Origin: the human T2T-CHM13v2.0 reference genome, Homo sapiens
DNA length: 64,000 nucleotides
Strand: one strand, 5' to 3'
Assembly (NCBI RefSeq): GCF_009914755.1
Contig: NC_060948.1
The notes below the pieces were generated by a model. It saw only the letters and a list, made by a program, of their open reading frames with translations. It was not told the DNA's origin and ran no database searches. The number at the start of each line of letters is the position of its first letter. Within the stretch, counting starts at the first letter, position 1. Made by a program: the position numbers and the translations under genes. Below are positions 1-18,319 of this stretch, piece by piece.

Positions 1-1186
1 ATAATTAAGTCATACATCAAATAATTAAGCAAGAAAAACTAAAAGATTCAAATTGAAAAGAAGAAATAACGTCAGTTTGTAGATGACATAATGTTACATA
101 TAAAAAACATAAATAGTACATTTAAATAATACATTTAATGCATCTATATATAAATAGTGCATCTAATAAATGCACTCAGTAAAGAAGTAGAATATACAAT
201 TAGCATACAGATATCAGTTTTGTTTCCATATGCTAGCAAAAAACCAGTAAAAAAGAAAAAACAATCTCATTTACAATAGCAATGAAATAATAGATTTCTT
301 AGCAATAAATTGAACCAATGTGGTGAAAGATCTTTACGATAAAAAATAAAATATATTGATGAAAAAAATTAAAGAAGATACAAATAAATGTAAATATATT
401 ACATGTTTATGGATTAGAAGAATATTGTCTAAGTGCCATATTATCCAAAGCAATCTGTAGATTAATTTGACTTCCTATCAAAATTCCTGTGTTACTTTTT
501 ACAGTAATAGAAAATAAAGTCTGCAATGTATAGAAAACTATAAGAAATATTGAATGGCCAAAGCAATCATGAGGAATAAAACGAAATCTGGGGACATTAT
601 ACTTTATTATTTAAAACTACATTTCAAGACTACAGTAAACATAATAGAATAGAATGTTTATAGGAACCAACACAAAAACCAATGGAACAGAATACAGAGC
701 CCAGAAGTAAATCTATGCATCTAGAGTTAATCTTTGACAAGGGCACTATGAATACGCAATACAAAAAGTGTAGCCTTTTCAATAGTTAGTGATGGGAAAA
801 CTGGATACTCACAAGCACAATAATAAAACTTGATCATATTTCTTACATAAGACACAAAAATTGATGTAAAATAAAGACTTAAATTTAATACATAAATCCT
901 TAAAAGAAAATCTTTAAAAAAGCATATGAAAAGCCTTCATGATACTGGCCTTGGCAGTGTTTTTTAAATATGATATCCAAAGTATAGCAATAAAACCAGA
1001 CACAAAGATGTAGTGTATTAAACTATTGTGCACAGCAAAAAATAAGAAAACATTTAAGATGGGAAAACACTTGCAAACCATATATGATAAGAGGTTAGTA
1101 TTCAAAATATAGCAGAAACTCATAAAAATCAGAAGCTAAACAATAATAATTATAATACCCAACTAAAAAGTAGGCAAAAGACTAAA
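1..1186 (+). mobile_element. Old LINE-1 (L1M-type) ORF2 fragment, 5' part, interrupted by a younger L1PA
   Basis: Degenerate ORF2 motifs: 'tttgtagatgacataatg' (FADDM-like RT motif), 'caatggaacagaatacagagcccagaa', 'gggaaaactggata'. The element resumes at ~7340. Confidence 0.85.
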
Positions 1187-7337
<6,151 letters not shown>

Positions 7338-8250
7338 CGAAGAGTAAATATTTTTTACAAACATATTCAAATGGCCAACAGGTGTGTAGAAAGATGCTAA
7401 ACATTACCATTCATGAGAAAATAGCAAATCAAAAGATACCACTTTACAGCAGTTGGAATGGCGAATATCAAAAAAAAGAAACATGACAAGTGTTAATAAG
7501 GATGTGACAAACTATTTCTGTACAGTCTTAATGAGTTGCAAACTGGAAGAGTCATTGTGAAAATTAGTATGCAGGGTATTTTAAAAAATAGAAGTATCGT
7601 ACAATCCTGAAATTCCACTTCTGTCTATAAACAAAATAAAATCAGCATCTCAAAAATTATCTGCACCCTTGTATCCAATGCAGCATTATTCACAACGGTC
7701 AAGGGTATTTTTTTTTAAACAACTTATCTGTAGCTGCTGAATGGATAAGGAAAATGTGGTATAGACAACTGAATATTATTCACCCATAAAAAAAGAATGA
7801 AATTCTGCTATTTCAACAACATGAAGGACCTGGGTACATTATGCTGTGCAAAATAAGCCAGGCACAGAAAGACAAACATTGTATGTTCTCACTTAAATGG
7901 AGAATTTAAAAATCCTGAACTCATGGAAGCAGAGAGTACAATGGTAATGACAAGGCCTGGAGGTAGAAAAAATGATAAGGTGTTCAGAGTACAAACTTTC
8001 AGTTACAAGATAAATAAGTTTTGGGTGTCTAATGTATAGCTTTAAGATGTAGTTAATAACAGTGTTTTGTATGCTTAAAATTTGCTACTACATTAGGAGA
8101 CCTCAAATGTTCTCACTACAAAAAACATAACCATGTAAGGTGACATAAATATACATCAACTTAATTGTATTAAACATTTTACAATATATATACCTATCAA
8201 ACTTTTATAATATACACAATACATAATTATGCAATTTTTATTGGTCAAAA
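7338..8250 (+). mobile_element. Old LINE-1 (L1MA/L1MB-like) ORF2 end and 3'UTR, continuation of 1-1186
   Basis: 'atggccaacagg', 'gcagcattattcacaa', 'aaataagccaggcacagaaagacaaa', 'gaactcatggaagcagagagta' are typical L1M 3'-end motifs. Confidence 0.85.
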
Positions 8251-8353
8251 AATTAATGTTATGTACACATGCATATATTCACATAAGTGTGTATATACAC
8301 AGATATAAAACATATACATATATATCAATTACATATGTTGTTATGTATATACT

Positions 8354-8401
8354 TGTGTGTGTGTGTGTGTGTGCGTGTGTGTGTGTGTGTATATATATAT
8401 A
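8354..8401. repeat. (TG)n(TA)n microsatellite
   Basis: Directly visible dinucleotide runs. Confidence 0.95.
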
Positions 8402-9534
8402 AATGACAAAATCCTAGTAGGCTTCAAACTAAACAAGAGAAAATTATAAAATAATTATTAAAAATCAAGAAAAAAATGGGTATTTAATACATGCTCAGCA
8501 ATATTCTAAGTTCTTCAATGGCAAAGTACATGTTTTAAATGTAGAAAGTAGATACATTATACCATATTACAGTTTAGGAATTATGGCACAGAGTGTTTAC
8601 AGTATTAGCCTCAATACATACCAAAAACGTAAAATTTTGAAATAAAATAACATTTGGTTTTCTTTTATGGGGCAGAGGCTTAGTGTTCTGATTAAATTAT
8701 TGAGTATGAATTTCTGTAGAATCATATTTGAAACCTTCACAGGATATGAAATTATAAAGCAGAAAACATAGGACATCTGGATGTGGTGTTTCTGGGATTT
8801 CTAAACCTAATCCCAATATCTCCACTACTCTCACACATTTTAGACAAGACTCAAAATGGAAATTAGAAAATGTTTAACAGAGTTCCTTAAAAATCACAGA
8901 CAGCCCCATGTCCTCAAAAGCAATAAAAGAGCAAGAAGTCAGGTCCTCCAGTCCCTTGTAAGCCATGCAAAGGACTTTGATTTTCTTTGTAACCTAGAAG
9001 AACGACCGTTGAAGGGGAAGTCCAGTCCTAGAAAATTGAAGAGCATGGGGCAGAAGATGTCTGTCTCTAATGAAAGCAAGAGAAAGAAATCAGGGCTTCT
9101 TAGAAAAGATTTCCACTGGAGCATAGCTTCGCAAACCACACTTTTTAAGATCTGGCTTTCTCCTTGACCTTTGGTCACCTCATCTGTGTCATCTGCCTTA
9201 TTCACTCCCACCTATTTGGATATTTGGCTACTATCTCCGGTCTCCTCACACTCTGGGGCTTTTTCTTTTACTCAACGTAGGTGATCAGGTTTAGCTTAGA
9301 GAACAGCCAAGGACTCTGTGTTAGAAAAAGTAATATGACTTATGCTGTGATTTTCCAATTAATACTTAGTACTGTGCTCAGTGGAAAAAAACAGAACATT
9401 ATAAAATAGTCTAAAAATGTAATATCAAATACTATTTCCTCACAGAAACGTTATGATATTTAAAAACTTTTCTAAATTTGTGGGTCCTTAGCTCCACGAC
9501 CCAGTGCTGCTGAATCAAAACTTGGTGGTGGTTG

Positions 9535-9650
9535 GCTGTGCATGGTGACTCACACCGCTGATCACAGCACTTTGGGAGGCCAAGGCAGGCAAATCACTTA
9601 AGCCCAGGAGTTTGAGGCCAGCCTGGGCAACATGGTGAGACCTAGTCTAC
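9535..9650 (+). mobile_element. Alu left monomer (FLAM/AluJ-like)
   Basis: 'cagcactttgggaggccaaggcaggc...agcccaggagtttgaggccagcctgggcaacatggtgaga', with no right arm. Confidence 0.85.
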
Positions 9651-10689
9651 TGGCTGAGGGTGGGGAGGAGGGGGAAAGTTGGTGGTAATGGGAGGTGGTA
9701 ATGCGATTATAAGGTGTGGGCAACCATATTTTGTGCCTCTAAATTTGTGGAGTTACCACTAATCTAAAATTAAGGATACAGATCAGCTGAAGAAAGAAAA
9801 AGATTAATGTCGAGATAAAACTTCCTTGTGGGGGTCCGCAGCTGCAATACCACCAGGCGGCAGCATCCCACCTCTTTCACCCGGCTGCAGCCCCACCAGG
9901 AGCCGGGCTCCAGTCGGGGCGCTGCGGCAGGTACTAGACCCGGAAGGCGAAGGCGCGGATTTCCTGCCCTCCGGGGTGTCTTCCTGCTCCGAGGACCCCA
10001 GGCAATTCAATTCATTCATCAAGCTCCGCCTCATCTGTCCAAGCTGGGGCAGCATGTCCCACAGTCGCCAGCCAAGGCCTCTGCTCCAGAACCCATGGGC
10101 TGCTTTCCTGAGGGGAAGGACATTGTCTTCACCAGCCACAAAAAAATCCGTTCCTTTGCACCCTGTTTCCCATTGCCACCGACTTCGTGTAAACTCTAGT
10201 CCGGAGGACACGAGAGAGACACAGGCCTGGCCCCATGGACATGCTCAGTGCCACGGCTTCCAGCAGTTGGACGGGTGAACTCTACAAATCTCGGGGCCCA
10301 TCGCACCAAGGAGACAGAAAGAAGCAAACAAAGGAAGGACCCTATGAAATGCACCCCCAAAGCAACCAACCAATCCAAGAAAAAAAAAAACACCTCTCAG
10401 GGATCCGTTGGTTTTCCCACGTGGGCGGCCCTGATCCCCTGTTCTAGCCTGGCCCAAGCACCCTCCACCTCACCCCGGCCTGCTCAAAGTGTCCTGTCCA
10501 CTTCAGCAGAACCTCCCTCTCCAAGTCTCTGTCTCCCTCGCTCTACAACTCCCTCACCCTCTCCCTTTCTCTACTTCCTCCTTCAGCTTCGGCTCTCTCC
10601 CCCTCCACCTTTCTCTCTCTCCCCCCATTTCTATCTCTCCATCCCGGTCTCCCTAGCTCTCTTTCAAGCTGTGTCTGTGTCTTTTTTCT

Positions 10690-10835
10690 GTATGTCCTTA
10701 TGTCTGTGTCAGTGTGTCCATGTGTCTGTGTGTGTTTGTGTGTCCGTGTGTGTGTGTCTGAGTGTCCGTCCGTGTGTGTCCGTGTGTGTGCGTGTGTGCC
10801 TGTGCACGTGCACCCGTGTGTATCTGTGTGTGTGT
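10690..10835. repeat. Degenerate (TG/TC)n low-complexity tract
   Basis: Directly visible gtgt/gtcc-rich run preceded by a CT-rich tract at 10510-10680. Confidence 0.9.
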
Positions 10836-12704
10836 CGAGGTGGGTTTGCTCGTGGTGGTGGTGTGCTGTGTCTGGGTGTCCGTCAGCCCCTCTTTCCCAG
10901 GATCAGGCTGCCGGGGCTCTAGTGCCAGCGTGGTGCAAAGCAGGGCCTTCCTGTCCCATTGGCCACGGGTGGGTCCTCATCAGGAGAAGCGATGATGGTG
11001 TGGGCATTGTGAGAAAAAGAGCCCGCGGGGCTGGGCTGGCTGTTTGCCCCTAGGCAGCCCTGGCAGCTCTGGGTGTGTGGGGCAAGAGGGGGCCTTGCAG
11101 GAGGGGTGGCGAGGGATCCAAAACAATTTTTCCATGGCAAGGCGGAGGACCAGAGGGGATCCCAGTACTGTGGGCCCCGCACCCTGATGCCTCCGAGCAC
11201 ACCCTGTCCTGAGCCGGCCAGATGTGTTGGAAGCTCAGGAGCTCGCGAGCTGGGGGAAGGCCTGGAGTGTCAGCGAAAGGGAGACCGCCTGGTGGGCCTG
11301 GACCCTGGGCAGGGGACTGAGGCATCATGTCCTGATGACGGATTCCTGTTTCCTGCAACATGGGGAGTCTCCAAAATGGCCTGTTTTGAAACTGGAAAGG
11401 AGACCGAAGACACGATGCTGCTTTTCCACGATTCGCTAGAGGTAACAGTCAACATGGTTACACTTTCGGGGGCCAGAGACACGTGAGCAACAGGCCCCCT
11501 TGCAGAGGGCAAAGGAACATGGAATCCGGAATCATTGTTCACTCGGCTTGAGTGTGACTCCTGTGTGGATGGGAGTATCTGCCTCGCGATCTGTTGCAGG
11601 CTCAGCGTGGGGATATGTCATCTGTGAACCATGTGGATGAAAAACGGACAACCATTCGAGTCTTGGCTCTGCTCTTTGGGGAATTCGCTCATTCCTTGGG
11701 AGGTGGAATTCATCTGAATCGCTCCCTGATGAACTAACCTAGGCTGGCAATCCCGAGGGCCGGTAAGCGCACCGCCAGCCGACACGGCCGTGGGCCCAGC
11801 ACTCAGCCTGCACTGGGCACCCAACATTTTCCCGGATTTCGAGGTCCTGCTGGTCCTGGAGGCAGAAGACCACTTTTCTCTTTGCCTTCCTTTCTCTGTT
11901 TCTTGCTCCTTTTCTCCTTCTGTCCCTCCTTCCCTCTGTTCTTCCTTCTTTCCCTCTCTCCCTCCCTGTCTCCCTCCCTCCCTCTGTTCTTCTCTCCTTC
12001 CCTCTCTCCCTCCATCCATACCTCCCTTTCTCCCTCCTTCCCTCCCTCCCTTCCTCCCTTCCAAGGTCCTCCTTTCATCCGTCCTTTCCTCCCTCTGTCC
12101 CTCTCTCTCACTTTGTCTCCGTTCCTTTCCCCATCTCTGCCTGGCTTTCCTCCAACCTAGAAAGGTCAGAACCACGGTTTGCACGAGATCTCGGGGTCTA
12201 CATTTAGTTGCCGGGCACTCCACGTGATGCCAAGGAGGATGGCGGCGCACGGGTGGGCACGGGAGGGTGGAGCGGGGAGGTAGTGGAGTTGAGCTGCGGA
12301 AAGGAGAAGAGGCCTGGCCACTGCCCAGGCCAGTGTTTCCTGGGGTGGAGGTCTCACCCTACATCACTGAAGAACGCGGGGGCGGGGGGGTGTAAGCCGT
12401 GTGGGAGCAGGGGAAGTGATGAGAGTCCTGCCTGGGCTGGTCCCAAACCCTAGCCGGCCGCCCGCGGACCCACGCATGAGCAGCAGACAGCCCATCTCTG
12501 AGTACCTGGGCTGGCTCTGAAATCCTTGGGATGCTCAGCAAAGAATGACAGACCTCCTTTCTGTGGAGTCTCTCGCCGGACCTGGACTCAGGGATCCTAG
12601 ACAAGTCAGCTGGAAGGGAAGACACAGGTTTCCATACCGAGCCAGAGGTTCACCGCGAAAGAGGGAGCCACCGCCCTGCCCCCACCAGGTCCCAACCCTG
12701 CGTC

Positions 12705-13763
12705 CTAAAGCTCCTCCAGCTGAGCTCAGTGTTCTTCTAGGCTGAGGAGTGGTTCCAGAAAAGCGGGCTTTTCCAAGTCCTTCAACTCCCCCAGTAGCTC
12801 CGTTGCTAGGAAAGGTTGTGCCTTTTGCTGAAATTCTGGGGTCGACAGAAGCTCATCTAACAGGGTGTATGCGAGTACAGATGAAGACTCCAGCTCCTGG
12901 AGCTGTTGGGAGGGTGCCTGGATGGCTTACATCTGCTCCTGACACGCAGAGGCCTCCATGGGCGCGAGCTGCGGAGGTAGATGTGCCTCGGATTCATGTT
13001 CCCACGTGCCCTGGTGACCTGTGGACCCTGGCCGCAGACCCAGTACGGACTCATGTGGGACATGTGAGGCGCAAGCACACCTTGCCCCTGTGACTCAGCC
13101 TGAGTGGCTCAAGTTGTCCCACTGAGTACGCACCCAGAAGGCTGCCATGCTGCTGGTCCTGGTCCCTCTGCCATCTGTTTGACTCAGCCTGAGAGGCCCA
13201 AGCTGTCCCATTGAGCACCCACCCAGAAAGCCACCGTACTACGGGTCCTGGACCTCCTGCCATCTGTTCGGATGCGGAGGTCACCCAGGTGACTGAGGGT
13301 AGGACAGTGCCACTTCCGAAGGAGCCAGGGCAGCAAACCCAAAATCCCCATGTGCCACGGCAAGTTGGGAGATTCCTTCTGCCTGCAAAGCCTGGCTGGG
13401 CTGCAGCAGAGGGGTGACCTTTGCTGTCTGGCTCACGAAAGCCCCCTGTTCCCCACTCCCTGGCGTGGGTGAAGGCGACCAAGGAGGGAGGGTGACACCC
13501 CCGGTGGGCCACGTTGCACAGGCCGTGTGCGTGTGCAGGTTCCCTGCCACCCTGGCATGGATACCTGGACCTTCGATTATGACATGAAATCTGAATCCTG
13601 GACTCCAAAATGCCGGTCTCTCTGTCCAGTTCGGGTACAGGTTCTGCTCAAAGCATGCTGGCAGGACATCTTTTTCATTCAGGTTACAAATGAGTCTCCT
13701 TCGCCATCCTTGTCCTCAGGCTTCTGCGGGGAATGGGCTGTCAGAAGGTGTCGGGAGAGCCAT
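12705..13763 (-). pseudogene. DUX4-like pseudogene (probably the locus annotated DUX4L31) with a single fused homeobox
   Basis: ATG at 13763 reads MALPTPSDSPFPAEA*(TGA)GQGWRRRL...ACFEQNLYP, then [16 protein letters not shown], and the C-terminal LLDELLSTPEFQQKAQPFL...LEEL* (TAG 12705-12707). Premature stops and deletions. Confidence 0.9.
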
Positions 13764-13891
13764 CGCGAGGGCACCTGGCCAGAATTTCACAGACAGACAT
13801 GGGCAGAGAGAGGCCGGCGGCTCCCGTGTGCCTCAATTGGCCTCTGTGCTTCACGCAGGTCCAGTCAGGAGTCCGACCCCGCCAGTGGCCC

Positions 13892-13896
13892 TTATA
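13892..13896 (-). promoter_or_regulatory. TATAA box at the position of the DUX4 variant TACAA box
   Basis: Minus strand reads 'gggtctttataagggcc' ~130 bp upstream of the ATG; recalled DUX4 has 'gggcctttacaagggcg'. Confidence 0.55.
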
Positions 13897-14273
13897 AAGA
13901 CCCACCAGCTTCACCCCCTCAAGAATATGCATGAGCACCCAAGGGCCCTGGGTAATGGCCCTCTGAAGGGTCCAGAAACCACAGACACAGGGCCTTGTGT
14001 GGTAGGTGAAGGTGGGGCCAGATCATCTGGGAAAGGAGGGCTTCTGGGGCTGTCTCCCTGAGTTCTCCAGAATTCTACGGAAACTGGAAGTTTCTCTGTG
14101 GGCTCACACACGATTTCAGGGAGAAACCACCCTGGAAGGGTGTAGTGTGGAACTGAACCTCCATGATAGTCTTGAGTTTTCCAGGCCCTCTCCGTGAAGG
14201 CGGCAATGCCTGTGGGTGTCGCTGTTGCCGTGATAGTCTCACACACGCAGGTGTGTGGATCTCATTCATTTTC

Positions 14274-15614
14274 TTTTTTTATTTTAACTTTTTATTTCTA
14301 CCTCTTAAAGTCAATGATAAAGTCACAGCTACTTACAGCCATCTAAGAAAGTGGCCTTACTCATGCTCATTCACTCGTTCTGTGGCCTATCAAGAGTCAC
14401 ACGTAACAATGGTTTTCCTTTTTTAAAAAAACCAAATACTTTATACAGTGAACTATAGAAAAAAACAATTCTAAATATACTTTAAAAATTCTAGAGAGTT
14501 AAGGTAACCTCATTTTTTAAAATACTGAAAATGTAAAGGGTCCATATAAAGAGTTGTATTAAGTACATACTTCCTATTTTAATAATTCACTTGCTGTGTT
14601 CTTAAAATCTCTATGAGAGAAGCAGATATTTTATTCATGTCTTTTGGCAAGAGATTCAAAAGCAAAAGTAGAAGGGCTGTAAAATTTCATAAAATTTGTG
14701 GGATTTTTAAAAGCTAAATTATTCAATATTTTGTATGGTTATCACACTCATATATCGCCTGGAATATATATACAGCAACCCAACAACAGTGATTGCAACA
14801 AAAGTAAGATAAATAGGTCTACAAAGCATTTGATTTCCTTATTAGATAAATGAAGTTTTCATAGAGGAAGTGCAAATTCAGATCAGGTTACATAAGCTTA
14901 ACAATTATTCAAACCTTATATAAAATTAAATCTAACCCTCACCACTACAAATCTGTAAGGAATCACTGTCAGGAATCTACAGGACTTGGCTCATATTTAC
15001 ATTGGACACACACTTAGAAATTTCATAAATGATGAGATGCAGGCCAAGGGTATTCCTCAAAGGGCTCCACCCAAAAGGAAAAGAAAGAGAGTTAAACAGA
15101 GAATTACCACACGTATTTGTGGGTAATCAGCTTATTCCTCAGCCTCTAGACAGTGAGGAGGATGAAAAAATGGAAGAAGATAGTAAAGAAGAGGAAGAAA
15201 AAGATCACAGTGAAGCGATGAAGCCAGAGGAGCCACCTCAAAATTTACTGAGAGAAAAAATCATGAAACTGCCCCTCCCTGAATCTTTAAAAGCTTACTT
15301 GACATATTTTAGAGACAAATAACTTAGATCAAGAAGAAAGAATGACTACTGATAATTCCTTTAGTCTTGAAAATGTAGCATTTGTTAGGAATTAAAAGAA
15401 TTATTTATTTCATCAGAGCAAATTATAGTGGAAAAACTATCACTTGTTACTGTCAGTAACATAAATGATGTATTGAGTGAATAAAAGAATCCCTTTTATA
15501 AAATCTATTTTTCTTTATATCTTGGAAAATTGTTGTTTCACCTCAGAGTGATTTCAAAGTGGAATGTAACAGTAGTGAAGACTTGTGTGCTATAAATCCT
15601 TTTGTGATTCCTTA
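14274..15614. pseudogene. PCMTD1P1: PCMTD1 processed pseudogene (PCMTD1P1-like), 5'-truncated with twin-priming inversion
   Basis: + strand 14966-15322 encodes VRNLQDLA..FINDEMQAKGIPQRAPPKRKRKR / (frameshift) VFVGNQLIPQPLDSEEDEKME...LPLPESLKAYLTYFRDK*, the PCMTD1 C-terminus, followed by 3'UTR to 15614. The minus strand 14274-14965 is distal 3'UTR with AATAAA (14291-14296) and a poly(A) remnant. An 18-bp TSD flanks the insert. Confidence 0.9.
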
Positions 15615-17145
15615 TGGATCTCGTTCATTTTCATGTAGAAAACAAAGGCGAAACTACAGAGAAAAGAAACGCCTGGTGCATCACGGCCTGACGATGGATT
15701 CCTGTTTCCTGCAATATGGGGAGTCTCCACTTATGGCCTGTTTCCCAACAGGAAACTGGAAAGGAAAGTGAAGACACGGTGCTGCTTTTCCACGCTTCTC
15801 TGGAGGTTTCTGTGTCCCCACAGAGCTCGGGAAACAAACAATCAACATGGTCACGCTTTGGGGGCCAGAGACGCATGAGCAACAGGCCCCCTTGCAGAAG
15901 GCAAAGGAATGTGGAACCCAAAACCACGCTTCAGTCGGCCAGAATGTGACTCCTATGTGGACGGGACTATCCACCTCGCGATCCGTTGCAGGCTCAACGT
16001 GGGGCTATCTCATCTGTGAACCATGTGGATGAAAAATGGACAATCACCCGAGTCTCGGCTCATTGCTCTCTGGGCAATTCCCTCATTCCTTGGGAGAGGA
16101 AATTCTTCTGAATCGCTCCCGGATGAAGTAACCCAGGCTGGCGATCCAGAGGGCCAGTGAGAGCCCCACAGGCCGACGCGGCTGTGGGCCGAGCACTTAG
16201 CCTGCACTGGGCACCCAACATTTTCCGGAGTGCGAGATCCTGCTGGTCCTGGAGGCAGAAGACTGCTTTTCTCTCTGCCTTCCTCTCTCTGTTTCTTGCT
16301 CCCTCCCTCCCTCTTTCCCTCCGTCCCTCCCTCAGTTCCTCCCTTCCTCCCTTCCTCCCTCCCTCCGTCCCTGTCTCCTTCCTTCTATCCCTCCATCCTT
16401 TCCAAGGTCCCTCGGTCCATCCGTTCTTTCCTCCCTCCATCGCTCCCTCTCTCTCTGTCTCCGTTCATCTCTCCATCTCTGCGTGAATTCTCTCCCGCAT
16501 AGAAAGGGCAGCACCCCGGCTTGGGCGGGGTCTCTGGTCTGCATTTAGCTGTCAGGCGCTCCACGGTGATGCCGAGGAAGCTAGCGGGGCAAGGGTAGGC
16601 TAGTGACGGTGGGGAGGGGAGGCAGAGGTTTCGAGACACGGAAGGAAGAGCAGGCCTGGCGTCTGCCCGTGCCAGTGTTTCCCGGGATGGAGGTCTCCGC
16701 CCGCCCCACTGAAGAACGAGGTGGGGGGCAAGAGGGAAGGGATGAGAGCTCTACCTAGGCTAGTTAGAAAACCTAGGCTGCTGCCTGCTAACCCGCGCAT
16801 GAGCAGTAGACAGTCCGCCTCCCAGTACCTGGACAGGCCCTGGGATCCCCGGGATGCTCAGAAAAGAATGACAGCCTGCCTCTGAGTGGAGTCCCTCATG
16901 GGACCTGGAACTCAGGGACCCTAGGCAGGTCAGCTGGAAGGGAAGACACGCCTCTCCATATCGAGTGAGAGGTTCACCGCAAAAGAGAGGCCTTCGCACT
17001 GCCCCTACCCCGCCCCAACCCCGCGTCCTAAAGCTCCTCCAGCACAGCCAAGTGTTCTTCCTGGCTGAGGAATGGTTCTAGCGGAGTGGGCTCTTCCACG
17101 TCCTTCAGCTCCCCCAGTGGCGCCGGATCTGGGAAAGGTTGTGCT
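15615..17145 (-). repeat. D4Z4-like unit 2 (partial)
   Basis: Colinear with 11320-12830 (shared 'catctgtgaaccatgtggatgaaaa', 'gcctgcactgggcacccaacattttcc'). DUX stop codons are 4323 bp apart, or ~2.96 kb after removing the PCMTD1 insert. Confidence 0.9.
17028..17144 (-). pseudogene. DUX4-like C-terminal fragment
   Basis: Reads AQPFPDPAPLGELKDVEEPTPLEPFLSQEEHLAVLEEL*, truncated upstream by the LTR. Confidence 0.85.
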
Positions 17146-18036
17146 GCTTTGCCCCAGCCACTTTGACCCAACGTGGAGCTCACAAAAACATGTGTTGTAT
17201 GAAATCAAGGTTTAAGGGATCTAGGGCTGTGCAGGATATGCCTTGTTAACAAAATGTTTACAAGCAGTGTACTTGGTAAAAGTCATTGCCATTCTCTAGT
17301 CTCAACAAACGAGGGGCACAATGCACTGCAGAAAGCCGCAGGGACCTCTGCCCTTGAAAGCAGGGTATTGTCTAAGTTTTCTCCCCATGTGATAGTCTGA
17401 AATATGACCTCGTGGGATGAGAAAGACCTGACTGTCCCCCAGCCCGACACCCGTAAAGGGTCTGTGCTGAGGTGGATTAGTAAAAGAGGAAAGCCTCTTG
17501 CAGTTGAGATAGAGGAAGGCCACTGTCTCTTCGCTGCCCCTGGGAATTGAATGTCTCAGTATAAAACCCGATTGTACATTTGTTCAATTCTGAGATAGGA
17601 GAAACACTGCCCTATTGTGGGAGGTGAGACATGTTTGCAGTAATGCTGGTTTGTTATTCTTTATTCCACTGAGATGTTTGGGTGGAAAGAAACATAAATC
17701 TGGCTTACATGCACGTCCAGTCATAGTACCTTCCCTTGAACTTAATTATGACATAGATTTTTTTGCTCCTGTGTTTTTTGCTGACCTTCTCCTTATTATC
17801 ACCCTGCTCTCCTACTACATTCCCTTTTGCTGAAATAATAAAAATAATAACCAATAAAAACTGAGGGATCTCAGAGGCCGGCGCTGGTTCAGGTCCTTGG
17901 TGTATGCTGAGTGCCAGTCCCCTGGGCCTACTGTTGTTTCTCTATACTTTTTCTCTGTGTCTTAATTCTTTTCTCAGTCTCTCATCCCACCTGACTAGAA
18001 ATACCCACAAGTCGGGAAGGGTAGGCCACCCCTTCA
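17146..18036 (+). mobile_element. HERV-K (HML-2) LTR5A-like LTR, 5'-truncated
   Basis: 'gctttgccccagccactttgacccaac..ggagctcacaaaaacatgtgttgtatgaaatcaagg', 'gacacccgtaaagggtctgtgctgaggtggattag', TATAAAA 17560, AATAAA 17853, terminal 'ccaccccttca'. The TG start of U3 is missing. Confidence 0.9.
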
Positions 18037-18319
18037 CTCACCAGCAAAAAGATTATGACTTGGTAAAGCTCAGATATTCATTAGTATTTTTCAGCAATAA
18101 GGTATTTTAAGTTAAGGTATGTACATAGTTTTTTAGACATAATGTGATTACTAATTAATTAATTAATAATTATTAAATACTCATTAGACTACAACATAGT
18201 TTAAGCATAACTTTTATAAACACTGGGAAACAAAATGTTAATGTGACTAACTTGATTGTAACATTTGCCTTATTGTGGTTGTCTGGAACGAAACCCACAC
18301 TATCTCTGAGTATGCTTGT
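18037..18319 (+). mobile_element. Tigger1 DNA transposon 3' end
   Basis: 'caccagcaaaaagattatgact', 'ttaaggtatgtacat', and the TIR-like end 'gtctggaacgaaacccacactatctctgagtatgcttg' followed by TA. Confidence 0.8.

Larger units (their letters stand above)
11320..14273 (-). repeat. D4Z4-like (3.3-kb family) macrosatellite unit 1, diverged
   Basis: Reverse-complement similarity to recalled D4Z4: DUX ORF, GGGA/GGAA-rich tract 11870-12150, upstream segment 'gagttttccaggccctctccgtgaaggcggcaatgcctgtggg'. Internally homologous to 15615-17145. Confidence 0.9.

Noticed and set aside
15029-15322. 97-aa ORF as a functional PCMTD1-like protein
   Set aside because: The N-terminal part is out of frame due to a small deletion near 15110, and the copy is a 5'-truncated retrocopy.
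18150-18178. AT-rich palindromic (TAAT)n tract
   Set aside because: Short slippage expansion inside Tigger1 with no further structure.
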